NCBI GenBank assembly: GCA_051859245.1
Contig: JBHYGA010000004.1
Span: forward strand, 448,001-512,000
DNA length: 64,000 bases
Reading direction: 5' to 3'
Origin: Gemmatimonadaceae bacterium
GTDB lineage: Bacteria > Gemmatimonadota > Gemmatimonadetes > Gemmatimonadales > Gemmatimonadaceae
The notes under the pieces were generated by a model. That model did not search any database and had not been told where the DNA came from. It was given only the letters and a program-made list of their open reading frames with translations. Shown here piece by piece: positions 29,631 to 39,335 of the stretch. The stretch's first letter is position 1. Every line of letters begins with the position of its first letter. The translations under genes and the position numbers were made by a program.

Positions 29631-30631
29631 CAGATCCAGAGCCGAAGACGGTCGCCCCGCTCACCGTTCCTGAGATCACCGCACTCGTGGCGCGCATTCG
29701 CGCCGAAGTGGCCACCGCGGTGGTGGGCATGGAGAACGCAATCGAGTTCGCCCTCGCGGCGATCCTCGCTGGCGGTCACACCCTCTTCGAAGACGTGCCA
29801 GGGCTCGGCAAAACGCTCGCCGCGCGCAGCATCGCGTCGGCCATCGGTCTAGATTTCCGTCGACTGCAGTGCACGCCAGATCTGCTCCCCGCCGACATCA
29901 CGGGATCGTTCGTGTACGCACCGTCTACGGCATCCTTTGATTTCCGTCCCGGACCAGTGTTCACGGGGCTCTTCCTGGCCGACGAAATCAACCGCACCGC
30001 GCCCAAAACGCAGTCGGCGTTGCTCGAGGCGATGGCTGAGGGACAGGTCACGGTGGAGGGGCAGAGCTTTGCGCTGCCGCGCCCGTTCCACGTAATCGCC
30101 ACCGCGAACCCGATTGAATACGAGGGGACCTACGCGCTCCCCGAGGCGCAGCTCGACCGGTTCATGGTCCGACTCGCCGTGGGCTACCCGGGGCGCGACG
30201 GGGAACAGCAGGTGCTGCTCAACCGCGTGGCGCGGAAACGCGAGCGGGCCGACGTTGCCGCGATCATCAGCGCGGACACACTCGGCCGCATGCAAGCGGG
30301 CGTCGAAACGGTGACCGTGGATCCGGACGTGGTGCGCTACTGCGTGGACCTGGCCGAGGCCACGCGTGGCCATCCGGCGATCGCGGTGGGCGCCTCGCCG
30401 CGCGGCTCGCAGGCGTTGCTGCTGATGGCCCGGTCGCTGGCGGTGATTGCGGGGCGTGATTTCATCTTGCCGGAAGACGTGAAACGCGTGGCCGTGGCTG
30501 TGCTCGCGCACCGGCTGTCGCTCACCACCCAGGCATGGGCGGCGGGCACGGATCCGGCGCAGGTGGTGGCCGAGATTGTGGGGACTGTTCCCGGTCCGCG
30601 AGTCGCGGGCGGCGCAGCAGCTCGCGCGTGA
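29627..30631 (+). CDS. moxR: MoxR-family AAA+ ATPase
   Basis: EDVPGLGKT, TPDLLPAD, LADEINR, LPEAQLDRF, SPRG. Confidence 0.95.
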   Translation: MTDPEPKTVAPLTVPEITALVARIRAEVATAVVGMENAIEFALAAILAGGHTLFEDVPGLGKTLAARSIASAIGLDFRRLQCTPDLLPADITGSFVYAPSTASFDFRPGPVFTGLFLADEINRTAPKTQSALLEAMAEGQVTVEGQSFALPRPFHVIATANPIEYEGTYALPEAQLDRFMVRLAVGYPGRDGEQQVLLNRVARKRERADVAAIISADTLGRMQAGVETVTVDPDVVRYCVDLAEATRGHPAIAVGASPRGSQALLLMARSLAVIAGRDFILPEDVKRVAVAVLAHRLSLTTQAWAAGTDPAQVVAEIVGTVPGPRVAGGAAARA

Positions 30632-31935
30632 CCAGTGATGTGACAAAGTCTATGTCTTGGCGAATGACGTCGGGCATCGAAGTGGCGATGGTACTCGGGC
30701 TGGCGCTCGCCACGGTCGGCACTTTCACGAGCCGAATAGACATTGTCATACTTGGACTGCCACTGCTGGCTGCCGCGGCGATCGCGCTCGACCGCAAGCC
30801 GGCCGCCGGCGAACGAAGCGCTGTTCGCGTCAACGTGACGCGAAGTCCGGGTGCCGGACACTTCACCTACGAAGTGGAGCTCGACGTTCCAACGAGCACC
30901 GAAATGGTCCATCTGCGACTCTCGCCGCAGAACTCGCACAGCCGTAACCTGATCCTGGCGCCGCGCAGCGAGGTGAGCGTTACCGGTTCCGTGCCCGTAC
31001 TGCACTCCGGACGACAACGCGTGCTCGCCGTTGAGTACCGGTTCCTCGGCACCGACGGAAGCTGGATCTCGCCGCCGTCACCGCGGGTGGTGGCCGATCG
31101 GGTCGTGTTACCGGCGATCGCGCCGCTGGCGTCGATTCCGCTGCCGCACCGACTGACGGGGCTCACCGGCACGCACGCGTCAACGCGACTAGGCGACGGC
31201 GGCGAGTTTCGCGATGTGCATCCGTACGCGCCTGGTGACCGGCTGCGTCGTATTGACTGGAAGGCGACGGCCCGGCGATCTCAGGGATTTGGCGACCTGT
31301 ACGTGCGCCGGACCGATGCGACGTCGGATGCGACAGTTGTGCTTGTTATTGACAGCAGCGAAGACGTTGGCGAGCGCGTGGCGAACTGGTCCGCCGGCGC
31401 GAGCAGGACTGATGGACTTCGTACAATGGACATCGCGCGTGAGGCGGCGGCGTCCCTGGCGACCGCGGCCATCGGATCGGGTGACCGCGTGGGTCTGATC
31501 GACCTAGCTTCGTATGGCGGCGTGGTCGCGCCCGGCGGCGGGAAGCGCCACTTAGACCGACTGCTTCGCCGCATCGCGGTGAGTGAACCGTCGGGTGTGC
31601 GACTCGACCGACGGCGCGCGCCCGTGGTGCCTACCGGGGCCATCATCTATCTGCTGTCGACGTTTCTCGACGACGAGACCACATCCGTGGCCCTGCTCTG
31701 GCGCGCCGTCGGCCATCGGGTGATCGCCGTGGACGTGCTCCCAGTGCCCAATCTGTTCGGCAGCGAACGCAACACACTTATCGCGCATCGCCTGGTGATG
31801 GCGGAGCGGCGGCGTCGCATCGCCGACGTGCGGGAAAACGGCGTTGAGATGTTTCGCTGGCAGGAAGACGCCGATCAGCCGTCCCGCGCCGTGGTGATTC
31901 GGGCGCTTGCCCGTGCCGGTCGGAGGCGTCGATGA
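30628..31935 (+). CDS. DUF58 domain protein
   Basis: EFRDVHPYAPGDRLRRIDWKATAR, GDRVGL. Confidence 0.92.
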   Translation: MTSDVTKSMSWRMTSGIEVAMVLGLALATVGTFTSRIDIVILGLPLLAAAAIALDRKPAAGERSAVRVNVTRSPGAGHFTYEVELDVPTSTEMVHLRLSPQNSHSRNLILAPRSEVSVTGSVPVLHSGRQRVLAVEYRFLGTDGSWISPPSPRVVADRVVLPAIAPLASIPLPHRLTGLTGTHASTRLGDGGEFRDVHPYAPGDRLRRIDWKATARRSQGFGDLYVRRTDATSDATVVLVIDSSEDVGERVANWSAGASRTDGLRTMDIAREAAASLATAAIGSGDRVGLIDLASYGGVVAPGGGKRHLDRLLRRIAVSEPSGVRLDRRRAPVVPTGAIIYLLSTFLDDETTSVALLWRAVGHRVIAVDVLPVPNLFGSERNTLIAHRLVMAERRRRIADVRENGVEMFRWQEDADQPSRAVVIRALARAGRRRR

Positions 31936-32474
31936 CTGGGGGCGTGCGCGCGACGAGCGGCTCGGAGCCCATGTTCGGGTCGTGGGTGCCCACGGCCGTG
32001 CTGCACCTGCTGTTCCTCGCGGTAGCCGCCGGGCTGTGCCTGCTGGTGCTCCCGGCGCCGTTTTGGCTCGCGATTGGCCTCGCGCTCGCACTGGCCGGCA
32101 CCGTGGCGCCCAACACCTTGCCCACATGGTGGCTGCTGCTCCTGCTCGGCGTGAGCCAGTACTGGCGAGACCAGAGCGCGATAGACATTGTCTATTATCT
32201 GTTGCTCGCCGGTTTGCATTTCCTTCACGTGCTTGGCAATTTTGCGAGGCTGGTTCCCTGGTCCGGGCGTCTGCAGCTGGCAGCGATCGTTCGCCCACTC
32301 ACACGCTTTGTGCTCGTACAAACGGTAGTTCAGCCATTGGCCTTTGTCGCACTGATCGTTTTTGGCGACACTCGCGGCGCCATACCTTGGCTGCCGATCG
32401 TTGCTGCGACGGCGATCGCTTTTCTGGCTGCCGTGCTGTATCGCGGGCGTCGGGCAGCGACGACCGTCAGTTGA
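31932..32474 (+). CDS. Polytopic membrane protein
   Basis: Multiple hydrophobic helices, ATGA coupling to DUF58 gene. Confidence 0.7.
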   Translation: MTGGVRATSGSEPMFGSWVPTAVLHLLFLAVAAGLCLLVLPAPFWLAIGLALALAGTVAPNTLPTWWLLLLLGVSQYWRDQSAIDIVYYLLLAGLHFLHVLGNFARLVPWSGRLQLAAIVRPLTRFVLVQTVVQPLAFVALIVFGDTRGAIPWLPIVAATAIAFLAAVLYRGRRAATTVS

Positions 32475-32790
32475 GCTGCACTGCGATGCGTTGCTCGATC
32501 GTGCGCCGTGGCACTGCACCCACGATCTTGTCTACGACCTCGCCGTTCCTGAAGAAGAGGAGCGTCGGCAGGTTACGCACGCCGTAACGCGCGGCGGTTT
32601 GCGGATTCGCGTCGACATCGAACGCGAGGATCTTCACGCGACCCGCATACTCCTCGGCAAGCGCGTGCATTACCGGTTCGATCAGCCGACAGGGCGCGCA
32701 CCAGTCAGCGCCGAAATCGACCACCACCAACCCATGGTGCTGCTCGACCTCGTGTGAAAAGTTGGCGTCTGTAATTGTTGCAGCGTTCAT
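32467..32790 (-). CDS. trxA: Thioredoxin
   Basis: VDFGADWCAPCR, LPTLLFF, GAVP. Confidence 0.92.
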   Translation of the reverse strand: MNAATITDANFSHEVEQHHGLVVVDFGADWCAPCRLIEPVMHALAEEYAGRVKILAFDVDANPQTAARYGVRNLPTLLFFRNGEVVDKIVGAVPRRTIEQRIAVQLN

Positions 32791-33058
32791 CGTGAGTCTC
32801 GTTAGGATAGGCAGCACCGTCGGTTCGAGACGAACCTCGCCGATGTGCGTGGATGGATGTGTTCTTTGTGAGAAGTGCTGAACGCATTACCCGCTGCGTT
32901 AGAAATACTGCGACGCATCCTCCGGCGGCATCGGCGCCGCCATGACGGTGACTGCGTTGAGCCCGGCCGCAACACCGATGACGGACGGTCTGGAAAGAGA
33001 TCCACGTGTCCGCTGGTGATCACCCATCGCATGCGTTGGCTCGCACATCACACCTGGC

Positions 33059-33763
33059 TCACGCCCGCCGCTGCGAGGTAATCAGCGACGCCAGGACCAG
33101 AATGCCCGTACCCGCGAGCAGCGTCACACCAAGCTGCGCTCGCCCATTGGCCACGATGATGGCCACGAGTGCCCAGATCACCGTGAGCCCGTACCACGGC
33201 GCCCGCGGCAGCGCCCGCTGCACGAGCACGCCCACCAGGAGCGCCAGGGTAATCCCGATCAGCGCCCAGCCGATGCTGCCCGTGAGCAGGCCGTAGCCGG
33301 CGGTTGTGCTGGCCAGCGACACGAACGTGGCCGCGGTGAGCCAGCCGGCGTAGATCGCCAGCGGCGCTCTGAGCCACCACCGATCGGCGTCCGGTGCGCG
33401 CATCAGCGCCGCGATAGCGGTCGCGGCCATCGCGATAATCAGTACGGTGGCCCAGATCGGGCTGCGGTTGGCCACGGCGAGCCACGGTGTGCCCAGCGCG
33501 AGACTCGCAATGAGTGGCGTGCGCACACGGTCCCATGCCGGATCGGTGCGACGCGCCCACACGCCGTACACGGCCGAGACGAGCAGCCACCCGTAAATCA
33601 GCCCCCAGATCGAGAACGCATAACCGGCCGGCTGCACGGGCGGGTTGATTTGCGGAATGGGCAGCTGATCACTGGCAAACCCGCTAAACGGCGAGGTGAA
33701 CGCGGGCGAGGCCACGAACGTAAGGGTGACAACGAGCGTGAGCCACGCTTTGAGCTGAGACAT
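33059..33763 (-). CDS. Tryptophan-rich TspO/MBR-like membrane protein
   Basis: PAGYAFSIWGLIY, YAGWLTAA, WALVAI. Confidence 0.7.
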   Translation of the reverse strand: MSQLKAWLTLVVTLTFVASPAFTSPFSGFASDQLPIPQINPPVQPAGYAFSIWGLIYGWLLVSAVYGVWARRTDPAWDRVRTPLIASLALGTPWLAVANRSPIWATVLIIAMAATAIAALMRAPDADRWWLRAPLAIYAGWLTAATFVSLASTTAGYGLLTGSIGWALIGITLALLVGVLVQRALPRAPWYGLTVIWALVAIIVANGRAQLGVTLLAGTGILVLASLITSQRRA

Positions 33764-33832
33764 GAGACAGGGTCAAGGAAACCGGCCACGTAAACCGGCC
33801 ACGGCGCGCGTGCGGAAAGCACGCAACCGCTC

Positions 33833-34279
33833 TTACACCCCAAACTGCCGCAGGTGGTGATCCAGATGTTTCCAGGCCAACTGGCCCCACTGCGCGCTGG
33901 TGAGCGGACCAAACAACGGATGCGCCGGCCACGACGTTCGAGATAGTTCGGTGCCGAAACGCTCGATCAGCCCGAGAATCTCGCCACGCTCGGCGCCCCA
34001 TTCCGCGGGCGCGCGCGCCAGCAGCTCCGGTGCCGTTGGCGCGCTCTTTGGAAACGGCAGCACATTCAAGGCGAGCCACTTCACCACGCCGAGCCGAGCC
34101 AGTGGAATGTGTTTCGAGGCACAGGGCAGATCGCCGTAGGCCATGCGCAAGGCATCGGCACAATGGGCGAGCATTTGCGGGGCAGACATGCGGCCCCACA
34201 ACGGCGCGCGCTGTGGGGTGAGCTGAGCAACACGCGCAGCGATGTCAGCGCGTGTACGCGGGTCGGCGAGGGTGGGCAT
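33833..34279 (-). CDS. DUF1569 (DinB-like) protein
   Basis: WGRMSAPQMLAHC, HPLFG, KHLDHHLRQFG. Confidence 0.88.
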   Translation of the reverse strand: MPTLADPRTRADIAARVAQLTPQRAPLWGRMSAPQMLAHCADALRMAYGDLPCASKHIPLARLGVVKWLALNVLPFPKSAPTAPELLARAPAEWGAERGEILGLIERFGTELSRTSWPAHPLFGPLTSAQWGQLAWKHLDHHLRQFGV

Positions 34280-35502
34280 CACGGCAATCTGCACGGGTGC
34301 GCAAGGGCCGTAAGCAACGGAGCCGGGCTTGTCTCGCGCGGGCGCTTGAGCGCCACGCTGGCAAGGAACGCTGCCGGAACGACGGCGGAGAAGCCGAGCG
34401 CCAGTGTGATCGGGAGGCCAACCGCTGGCTGCACGCGTCCGAGCAAGGCGTACAGTGCGCCGGCGATGGCCATGGTCACGCCGAGCACCAGCCCAGAGGC
34501 GGCGGCTTCATGTCCTGGAGAGAGCTCCTGCGCGGCGTGCACGAGGATCGGGATGTGCGCCAGAAGCAGCGCGCCGGATAACGCAACGAGCACGAAATAC
34601 CACACGCTCCCCGGTGGCACGAGCAGGATGCCCTGCAGGGTGAAAAAGGCGGGCGCCAATGTACCAACGATCAGTGGCGCGGTTGCAAAGCGTCGCGCTG
34701 CCGCGCCTGCCAGCACATTGCCGACCGCCGCCGAGGTACTGAATGCGGCGAGCGTCCAGCCGATGAGCGCCGAACCCGACGCCTGATCCTGTGAATACAC
34801 GAGCCAGATGGGCACGCCGTTCGTAAACGCCAGCAGGGCGAGTGACGCGAGCGCACCCGCCGCGGTGAGCAGCCCAACCGGTCCCCGCAGCAGACGGAGC
34901 GCGCTGAAAGGCTCAGCGCGAGACAGCCGGTGCTCCGTATTCGACCGGCTTCGTTTGGGTCCGAACCGATAGAGTGCGACCGCGACGAATACGGCGGGAA
35001 CAAGCATCCAGCCCGCCGAAGATATGCCATAGTGCGAGAGGAGCGCGAGGGTGATGAGCGGACCGATGGCCGATCCGAGCATTCCGCTGGCAGTGAAGAC
35101 CGAGAGCCCCAGACGGCGATGCTCCGCGTCAAGCTGGCGGGTCATGAGGATGCCGGCCGGATGCAGGGCGGCGGAGCCCAGGCCTCCGACCAGCAGGACT
35201 GCCAACAAGAGCGTAGACGAGGGCACCAGCCCCACCAACCCCACCAGCATCGCGCCGAGCAGCAATCCCACGGTACCAACGATTCGGCCGCCGAAACGAT
35301 CGGCGAGGTTGCCGAACACCGGCTGCGGCAGCGAGGAACTCACCGCGAAGGTTGCCACACAGAGCGCAAGTTCCGGCCCGTCCAGTGCGAATCGTTGCGC
35401 CAGGCTTGGCAGGAGCGCTGGTAGAACGCCCATCAGTGCGTCGTTCGTGAGATGGGCCGTGGCCAGCAACCCTGTGGTGCCGACCGTGCCGAGAGTTTTC
35501 AT
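34279..35502 (-). CDS. MFS transporter (Fsr-like)
   Basis: AHLTND, QPVFGNLADRFG, GLGSAALHP. Confidence 0.85.
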   Translation of the reverse strand: MKTLGTVGTTGLLATAHLTNDALMGVLPALLPSLAQRFALDGPELALCVATFAVSSSLPQPVFGNLADRFGGRIVGTVGLLLGAMLVGLVGLVPSSTLLLAVLLVGGLGSAALHPAGILMTRQLDAEHRRLGLSVFTASGMLGSAIGPLITLALLSHYGISSAGWMLVPAVFVAVALYRFGPKRSRSNTEHRLSRAEPFSALRLLRGPVGLLTAAGALASLALLAFTNGVPIWLVYSQDQASGSALIGWTLAAFSTSAAVGNVLAGAAARRFATAPLIVGTLAPAFFTLQGILLVPPGSVWYFVLVALSGALLLAHIPILVHAAQELSPGHEAAASGLVLGVTMAIAGALYALLGRVQPAVGLPITLALGFSAVVPAAFLASVALKRPRETSPAPLLTALAHPCRLP

Positions 35503-35514
35503 GGCCGGGGTCGC

Positions 35515-36597
35515 TCAGGCGACGTGCGCGGCTGGCGGGTAGTCGATATAACCGCGCGCCCCGCCGCCGTAGAGTGTGGACGGATCATGAGGCTGGAGCG
35601 GCAGCCCGAGCTGCAGCCGACGCGGGAGGTCCGGGTTCGAGACGAAGGGCTTTCCGAACGCGACTGCGTCTGCGGTCCTGCTGTGCAGGGCGGCTTCGGC
35701 GGACGGGCCGGAGTATCCGCCGTTGGCGATAACCGGGCCGCCGAATCGGGCCCGCAGCAGCGGCGTGAGCCGTGGCAGCTGAGGCGCCAGATCGAGCGGT
35801 TCGACCACGTGCAAATAGGCGAGGCCGCGATGCGCGAGCCGGCGTGCCACAAGCGCGAACGTGGCGGCGGGATCGCTGTCATGCATGTCGTTGTAGGGGT
35901 TGTACGGCGAGATCCGCACGCCAACCCGATCGGGTGACCACGCGCTGGAGACGGCCTCGACTACTTCCACGAGCAGTCGGGCGCGATTGTGCGCCGTGCC
36001 GCCGTACTCGTCCTGGCGCAGATTGCTGCCGTCGCGGATGAACTGGTCGAGGAGAAAGCCGTTACCGGCGTGCAACTCAAGGCCATCAAAACCCGCCGCA
36101 TGCGCACGCCGCGCCGCCCGCGCAAACGCTTCCACGATCAGGGGCAGCTCGTCTGCCTCGAGCGCGCGCGGGGTGATCAGGTCACGAGGGCCCTGCGGTG
36201 TGAACGCCGAGCCGGCCGGGAGCACGGCGGACGGCGCTACCGGCAGTGCGCCAAATGGTTGCAGCAACGGGTGTGAGGCTCTGCCGGCGTGTCCGAGCTG
36301 GACCACGATGCGCCCGCCCGCCTGATGCACATCGTCCACAACGCGTCGCCATCCGTCGACCTGCGCCCGGGAATGCAGCCCGGGCATGTTCGCGGCGGCC
36401 TGCCCGCGGGCTTCCACCTGCGTCATCTCGGTGACGATGAGGCCGGCCGAGGCGCGCTGGGCGTAGTAGGTCGCCATCATGGAGGTCGGGACGCCGTCCG
36501 GGGTGGCGCGATTTCGCGTCATTGGCGCCATGACCACGCGTGAGGGGAGATGGATCGCGCCAAGGTGCAGCGGCGAGTGAAGCATGGTGTCTGGCAT
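35515..36597 (-). CDS. Old-yellow-enzyme alkene reductase (NemA-like)
   Basis: MAPMTRNRA, YYAQRASAGL, ELHAGNG, NPDL, YGGG..GYIDYP. AAGGAG RBS. Confidence 0.92.
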   Translation of the reverse strand: MPDTMLHSPLHLGAIHLPSRVVMAPMTRNRATPDGVPTSMMATYYAQRASAGLIVTEMTQVEARGQAAANMPGLHSRAQVDGWRRVVDDVHQAGGRIVVQLGHAGRASHPLLQPFGALPVAPSAVLPAGSAFTPQGPRDLITPRALEADELPLIVEAFARAARRAHAAGFDGLELHAGNGFLLDQFIRDGSNLRQDEYGGTAHNRARLLVEVVEAVSSAWSPDRVGVRISPYNPYNDMHDSDPAATFALVARRLAHRGLAYLHVVEPLDLAPQLPRLTPLLRARFGGPVIANGGYSGPSAEAALHSRTADAVAFGKPFVSNPDLPRRLQLGLPLQPHDPSTLYGGGARGYIDYPPAAHVA

Positions 36598-36614
36598 ACA
36601 GGACTCCTTGCAAA

Positions 36615-36784
36615 GTGTGTTTAAAACCAAATGTGTGTACAACACGCATAAGTGTAAAAAAAGGGACGCGGTTGGACCGGTCGCCTTCTCCACGCTCGCA
36701 AATGAGCTCTGGGAGGCGCAGCTGCGCGCCGCTCCCGAAGTCCATTTACGCGTTGTAAACATTATTTGTTTCCAACACACATGT
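36615..36784. promoter_or_regulatory. AT-rich operator-like palindromes upstream of alkene reductase operon
   Basis: ATGTGTGTACAACACGCAT (36631-36649) and GTTGTAAACA-TTATT-TGTTTCCAAC (36752-36776). Confidence 0.5.
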
Positions 36785-36799
36785 CAACCCGGTAGGCCA

Positions 36800-36837
36800 G
36801 CGCGCTGCCCGGCACAACGTCGCCCCGGGCAGCGCGC
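36800..36837 (-). terminator. 13-bp stem hairpin after the duplicated gene copy 1
   Basis: GCGCGCTGCCCGG / CCGGGCAGCGCGC. Confidence 0.55.
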
Positions 36838-36844
36838 GGCCAGG

Positions 36845-37297
36845 TCAGTGCAGTACACGCGCGAACCGCGGCCGATCGTCCATGAGCGACTCGCCAAGCA
36901 CCACCGCGTGCCCCGTGGCGCTGACCAGCGACGTGGGACGGCCGCGGTGGTCTTCCTTGGCGGGATCCACCAACTCGACCACAATCACACCGCGCCCGCT
37001 GAGTTCCTGGGCGAGCACGGAGATGGCCTCACCCCGCCGCACGCGCACCACCACCGGCGTGAACTGCTCGATCACCTGCATGCGCGACGACGAATCAGAG
37101 GTCGCAATAGCCACCCGCACCATGGTGTTGCGCTTGAACTCGCGTGGTGAGACGTGCACTTCGATGGAGTCGTTCACGGAGGCGGCCACATTGGCGCGCG
37201 GCGTGGTGTGCGTTTCCTGATGCGCCGGCGTGGTGCGTGCTGATGACAAAAGCAGTGCGCTGCCTGCGGCCAGAGCCACCATCAGTTGATGCGTCAC
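36845..37297 (-). CDS. Secreted hypothetical protein, copy 1 (left direct repeat)
   Basis: AGGAGAG RBS, signal peptide, 139/150 aa identical to 42747-43199. Confidence 0.8.
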   Translation of the reverse strand: MTHQLMVALAAGSALLLSSARTTPAHQETHTTPRANVAASVNDSIEVHVSPREFKRNTMVRVAIATSDSSSRMQVIEQFTPVVVRVRRGEAISVLAQELSGRGVIVVELVDPAKEDHRGRPTSLVSATGHAVVLGESLMDDRPRFARVLH

Positions 37298-37330
37298 AAC
37301 AACTCTCCTATGCTTGAGAAAAAACGCGAT

Positions 37331-38491
37331 CTACCGCGACAACGTGGCGGGCGTGAAACGAAGCCTGACTAGTACCGGTGCACCGTCTTCATCTACACGA
37401 ACGCCGGCGGCGGCGGAACGACTCACTGCCATCAGGTCAAGGCTCACATCCGCAGGCCACTCCGCTCTCGCAACCAAGGCACCCTGAGCACTGAAGATAT
37501 CGGCCTGCTGAGGTTGCCCGCGCGCGACGTGCTTGATAACCCACAGTTCACCTTCTGCCGAGAAACCAATCTCTCGAATCGGAGGTTTTGCGCGTGGCAC
37601 CTTCCATTCCATTTCCCTGCCAGTCTTGTTGAATCGGCGTGCCCATTTGTCGATGTCATTCAACGCACTGTCCCGTTCCACTGCGGAGATGCTTACGGGT
37701 GAGGTAGTCCCTCGAATGGGTGCGCGAAGGGCGCCGGACGCATCTCGCACCGTGATCGTATACGACGAGGTCAATGCGGTTGCGATTTCACCGCGAGGTC
37801 CAATGGCGAAGAGCCATCGTGCGCCGAAAGGCGACGCCATCATGTTGCGCACTGCGCCGCCAGGCACCTTTCCTTCGATCACGAGCTGCGGAACCTCGTC
37901 AACGCGTGCGCCGAGAAGCGTGTCATCAGATTGCGCAGCACCGCTCTTCGAGAGCACAGACTGCGAAAATCTGTTCTGACCGTTGAGTGGGGGAAGGGGA
38001 GAGGTGTGTACAACGCCGCTGGCGAGTACGCGTACGGGAGACAGTCTTGAATCCGACTGCGTGGGCATTGCGACGGTTGAGCTAAAGCGAAGTCCCTCCG
38101 GCGTCACTCGGAAAACACTGTAACGTCGTCCAGCTAGCTCACGAACCCACACGTCACCATCTGGAGAACGTGAAATGCAGCAGGGCAAGGACAGCTGGCC
38201 AGGTCCTCGCCCGGCCCCGCCGAACGCGCGGACCAACTTGCCGTCGGGTGATACAATTGCTCCAGAACCGCTCGTTAGGTCGACCGCCAGAATGCCACCG
38301 TCTGCAGTGAGCGCCAATCCACTAACGAGAGTAAACGCGAGCGCTTCGCGAGTGTCAGAGGCGCCACCCACACTCCATTCGGTCGTTGCTCGTAGAACGG
38401 TGCTCTGTGCCGCAGCCGGCACGGCCGCTGTGGCGACACCCCCTGCAAGAGCCGACGCCGAGAACACTACGATCGGTAGTTTAGAGCGCAT
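37331..38491 (-). CDS. Secreted 6-bladed beta-propeller (NHL-like) protein
   Basis: AGGAG RBS, signal peptide, FGGAGRGPGQL blade motif, DG/EG-x-W turns, KPPI...GELWV. Confidence 0.75.
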   Translation of the reverse strand: MRSKLPIVVFSASALAGGVATAAVPAAAQSTVLRATTEWSVGGASDTREALAFTLVSGLALTADGGILAVDLTSGSGAIVSPDGKLVRAFGGAGRGPGQLSLPCCISRSPDGDVWVRELAGRRYSVFRVTPEGLRFSSTVAMPTQSDSRLSPVRVLASGVVHTSPLPPLNGQNRFSQSVLSKSGAAQSDDTLLGARVDEVPQLVIEGKVPGGAVRNMMASPFGARWLFAIGPRGEIATALTSSYTITVRDASGALRAPIRGTTSPVSISAVERDSALNDIDKWARRFNKTGREMEWKVPRAKPPIREIGFSAEGELWVIKHVARGQPQQADIFSAQGALVARAEWPADVSLDLMAVSRSAAAGVRVDEDGAPVLVRLRFTPATLSR

Positions 38492-38630
38492 AAGTTCGAA
38501 CTCCTGAAGTCTGCAAGTCGATTGAAAAATGCTGGCGCACTCAGCTGCGCGGCGGATGGGTGCGATCCATGTCCGCGACCGAATCGAACATGATTGTAGC
38601 ATCGTTCAATGCTATGACCGTGGAATGGGA

Positions 38631-38852
38631 CTATTCGTCCATAACGCAGTAGCAGCGTTCTGTAGTGCAGCAGGCATATCCCGAAGTGCAAGTGATCTCA
38701 CATTTGAATCCGGTAATGACTGTAATGTTGCACTTCGTTTCTCCTGGCTGGCCAAATTGACAATCTGGTGCATCAACGTTAACGGGTCTCATCTGGGTGA
38801 AGTGGAAACCAGACGCCAGAACAAATGCGAGGCTGCTTGCGAGTCGTAGCAT
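38631..38852 (-). CDS. Secreted 8-Cys miniprotein A
   Basis: AAGGA RBS, hydrophobic leader, C-x9-C-x9-C-x3-C-x5-CC-x4-C-x-C. Confidence 0.8.
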   Translation of the reverse strand: MLRLASSLAFVLASGFHFTQMRPVNVDAPDCQFGQPGETKCNITVITGFKCEITCTSGYACCTTERCYCVMDE

Positions 38853-38974
38853 TGCAGATTCCTTGGATGGAAAGTGTCCTAGTCAAACGCATCATAGACG
38901 CGACACCGGTATCGGCCATCGAACGTTTCGTTCGAAGTGAGCCGACACCGGGCTATCAATCGCTTGTCCAAATA

Positions 38975-39223
38975 CTACATGTCTGGCTGTCCACCAATGC
39001 ATTTGCATCCGATGTCAGGAACGCTTCCGCAGCAAGCGTAGCCAGAGCTGCACGTAACCGAACAACCGGCGCCGATCACCTCATAGCTACACGCCGAGGC
39101 GCCCGGCCCTCCTGAAATGCACGAGGGCTCATCGAGCGCGTGTGCGTCGGCTGGACTGCTCAACGCACTAGCGACCACAATCGTGACGGTGGCAACGAGC
39201 CTAAGAATCGCGGAGATCTTCAT
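38975..39223 (-). CDS. Secreted 8-Cys miniprotein B
   Basis: GAGGT RBS, Sec signal ending ADA/AHA, C-x9-C-x8-C-x3-C-x5-CC-x7-C-x-C. Confidence 0.85.
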   Translation of the reverse strand: MKISAILRLVATVTIVVASALSSPADAHALDEPSCISGGPGASACSYEVIGAGCSVTCSSGYACCGSVPDIGCKCIGGQPDM

Positions 39224-39335
39224 AGTGCACCTCGAAGGAAATGTGACCTACTCTGCGCCACCCAAGGAAGAGTGACACACCATGTCGGGGGTCTTTTTCG
39301 ACCGACGACATACTGTTGAGACGGTGGACATACTC

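Noticed and set aside
33779..33803. 12-bp tandem duplication AAACCGGCCACG
   Set aside because: Two copies only, probably local slippage with no supporting context.
38631..39223. Classical RiPP (ranthipeptide, lanthipeptide or double-glycine bacteriocin) precursors
   Set aside because: Leaders look like Sec signals, and no radical SAM, LanM/YcaO or C39-ABC gene is present. Disulfide folding fits better.
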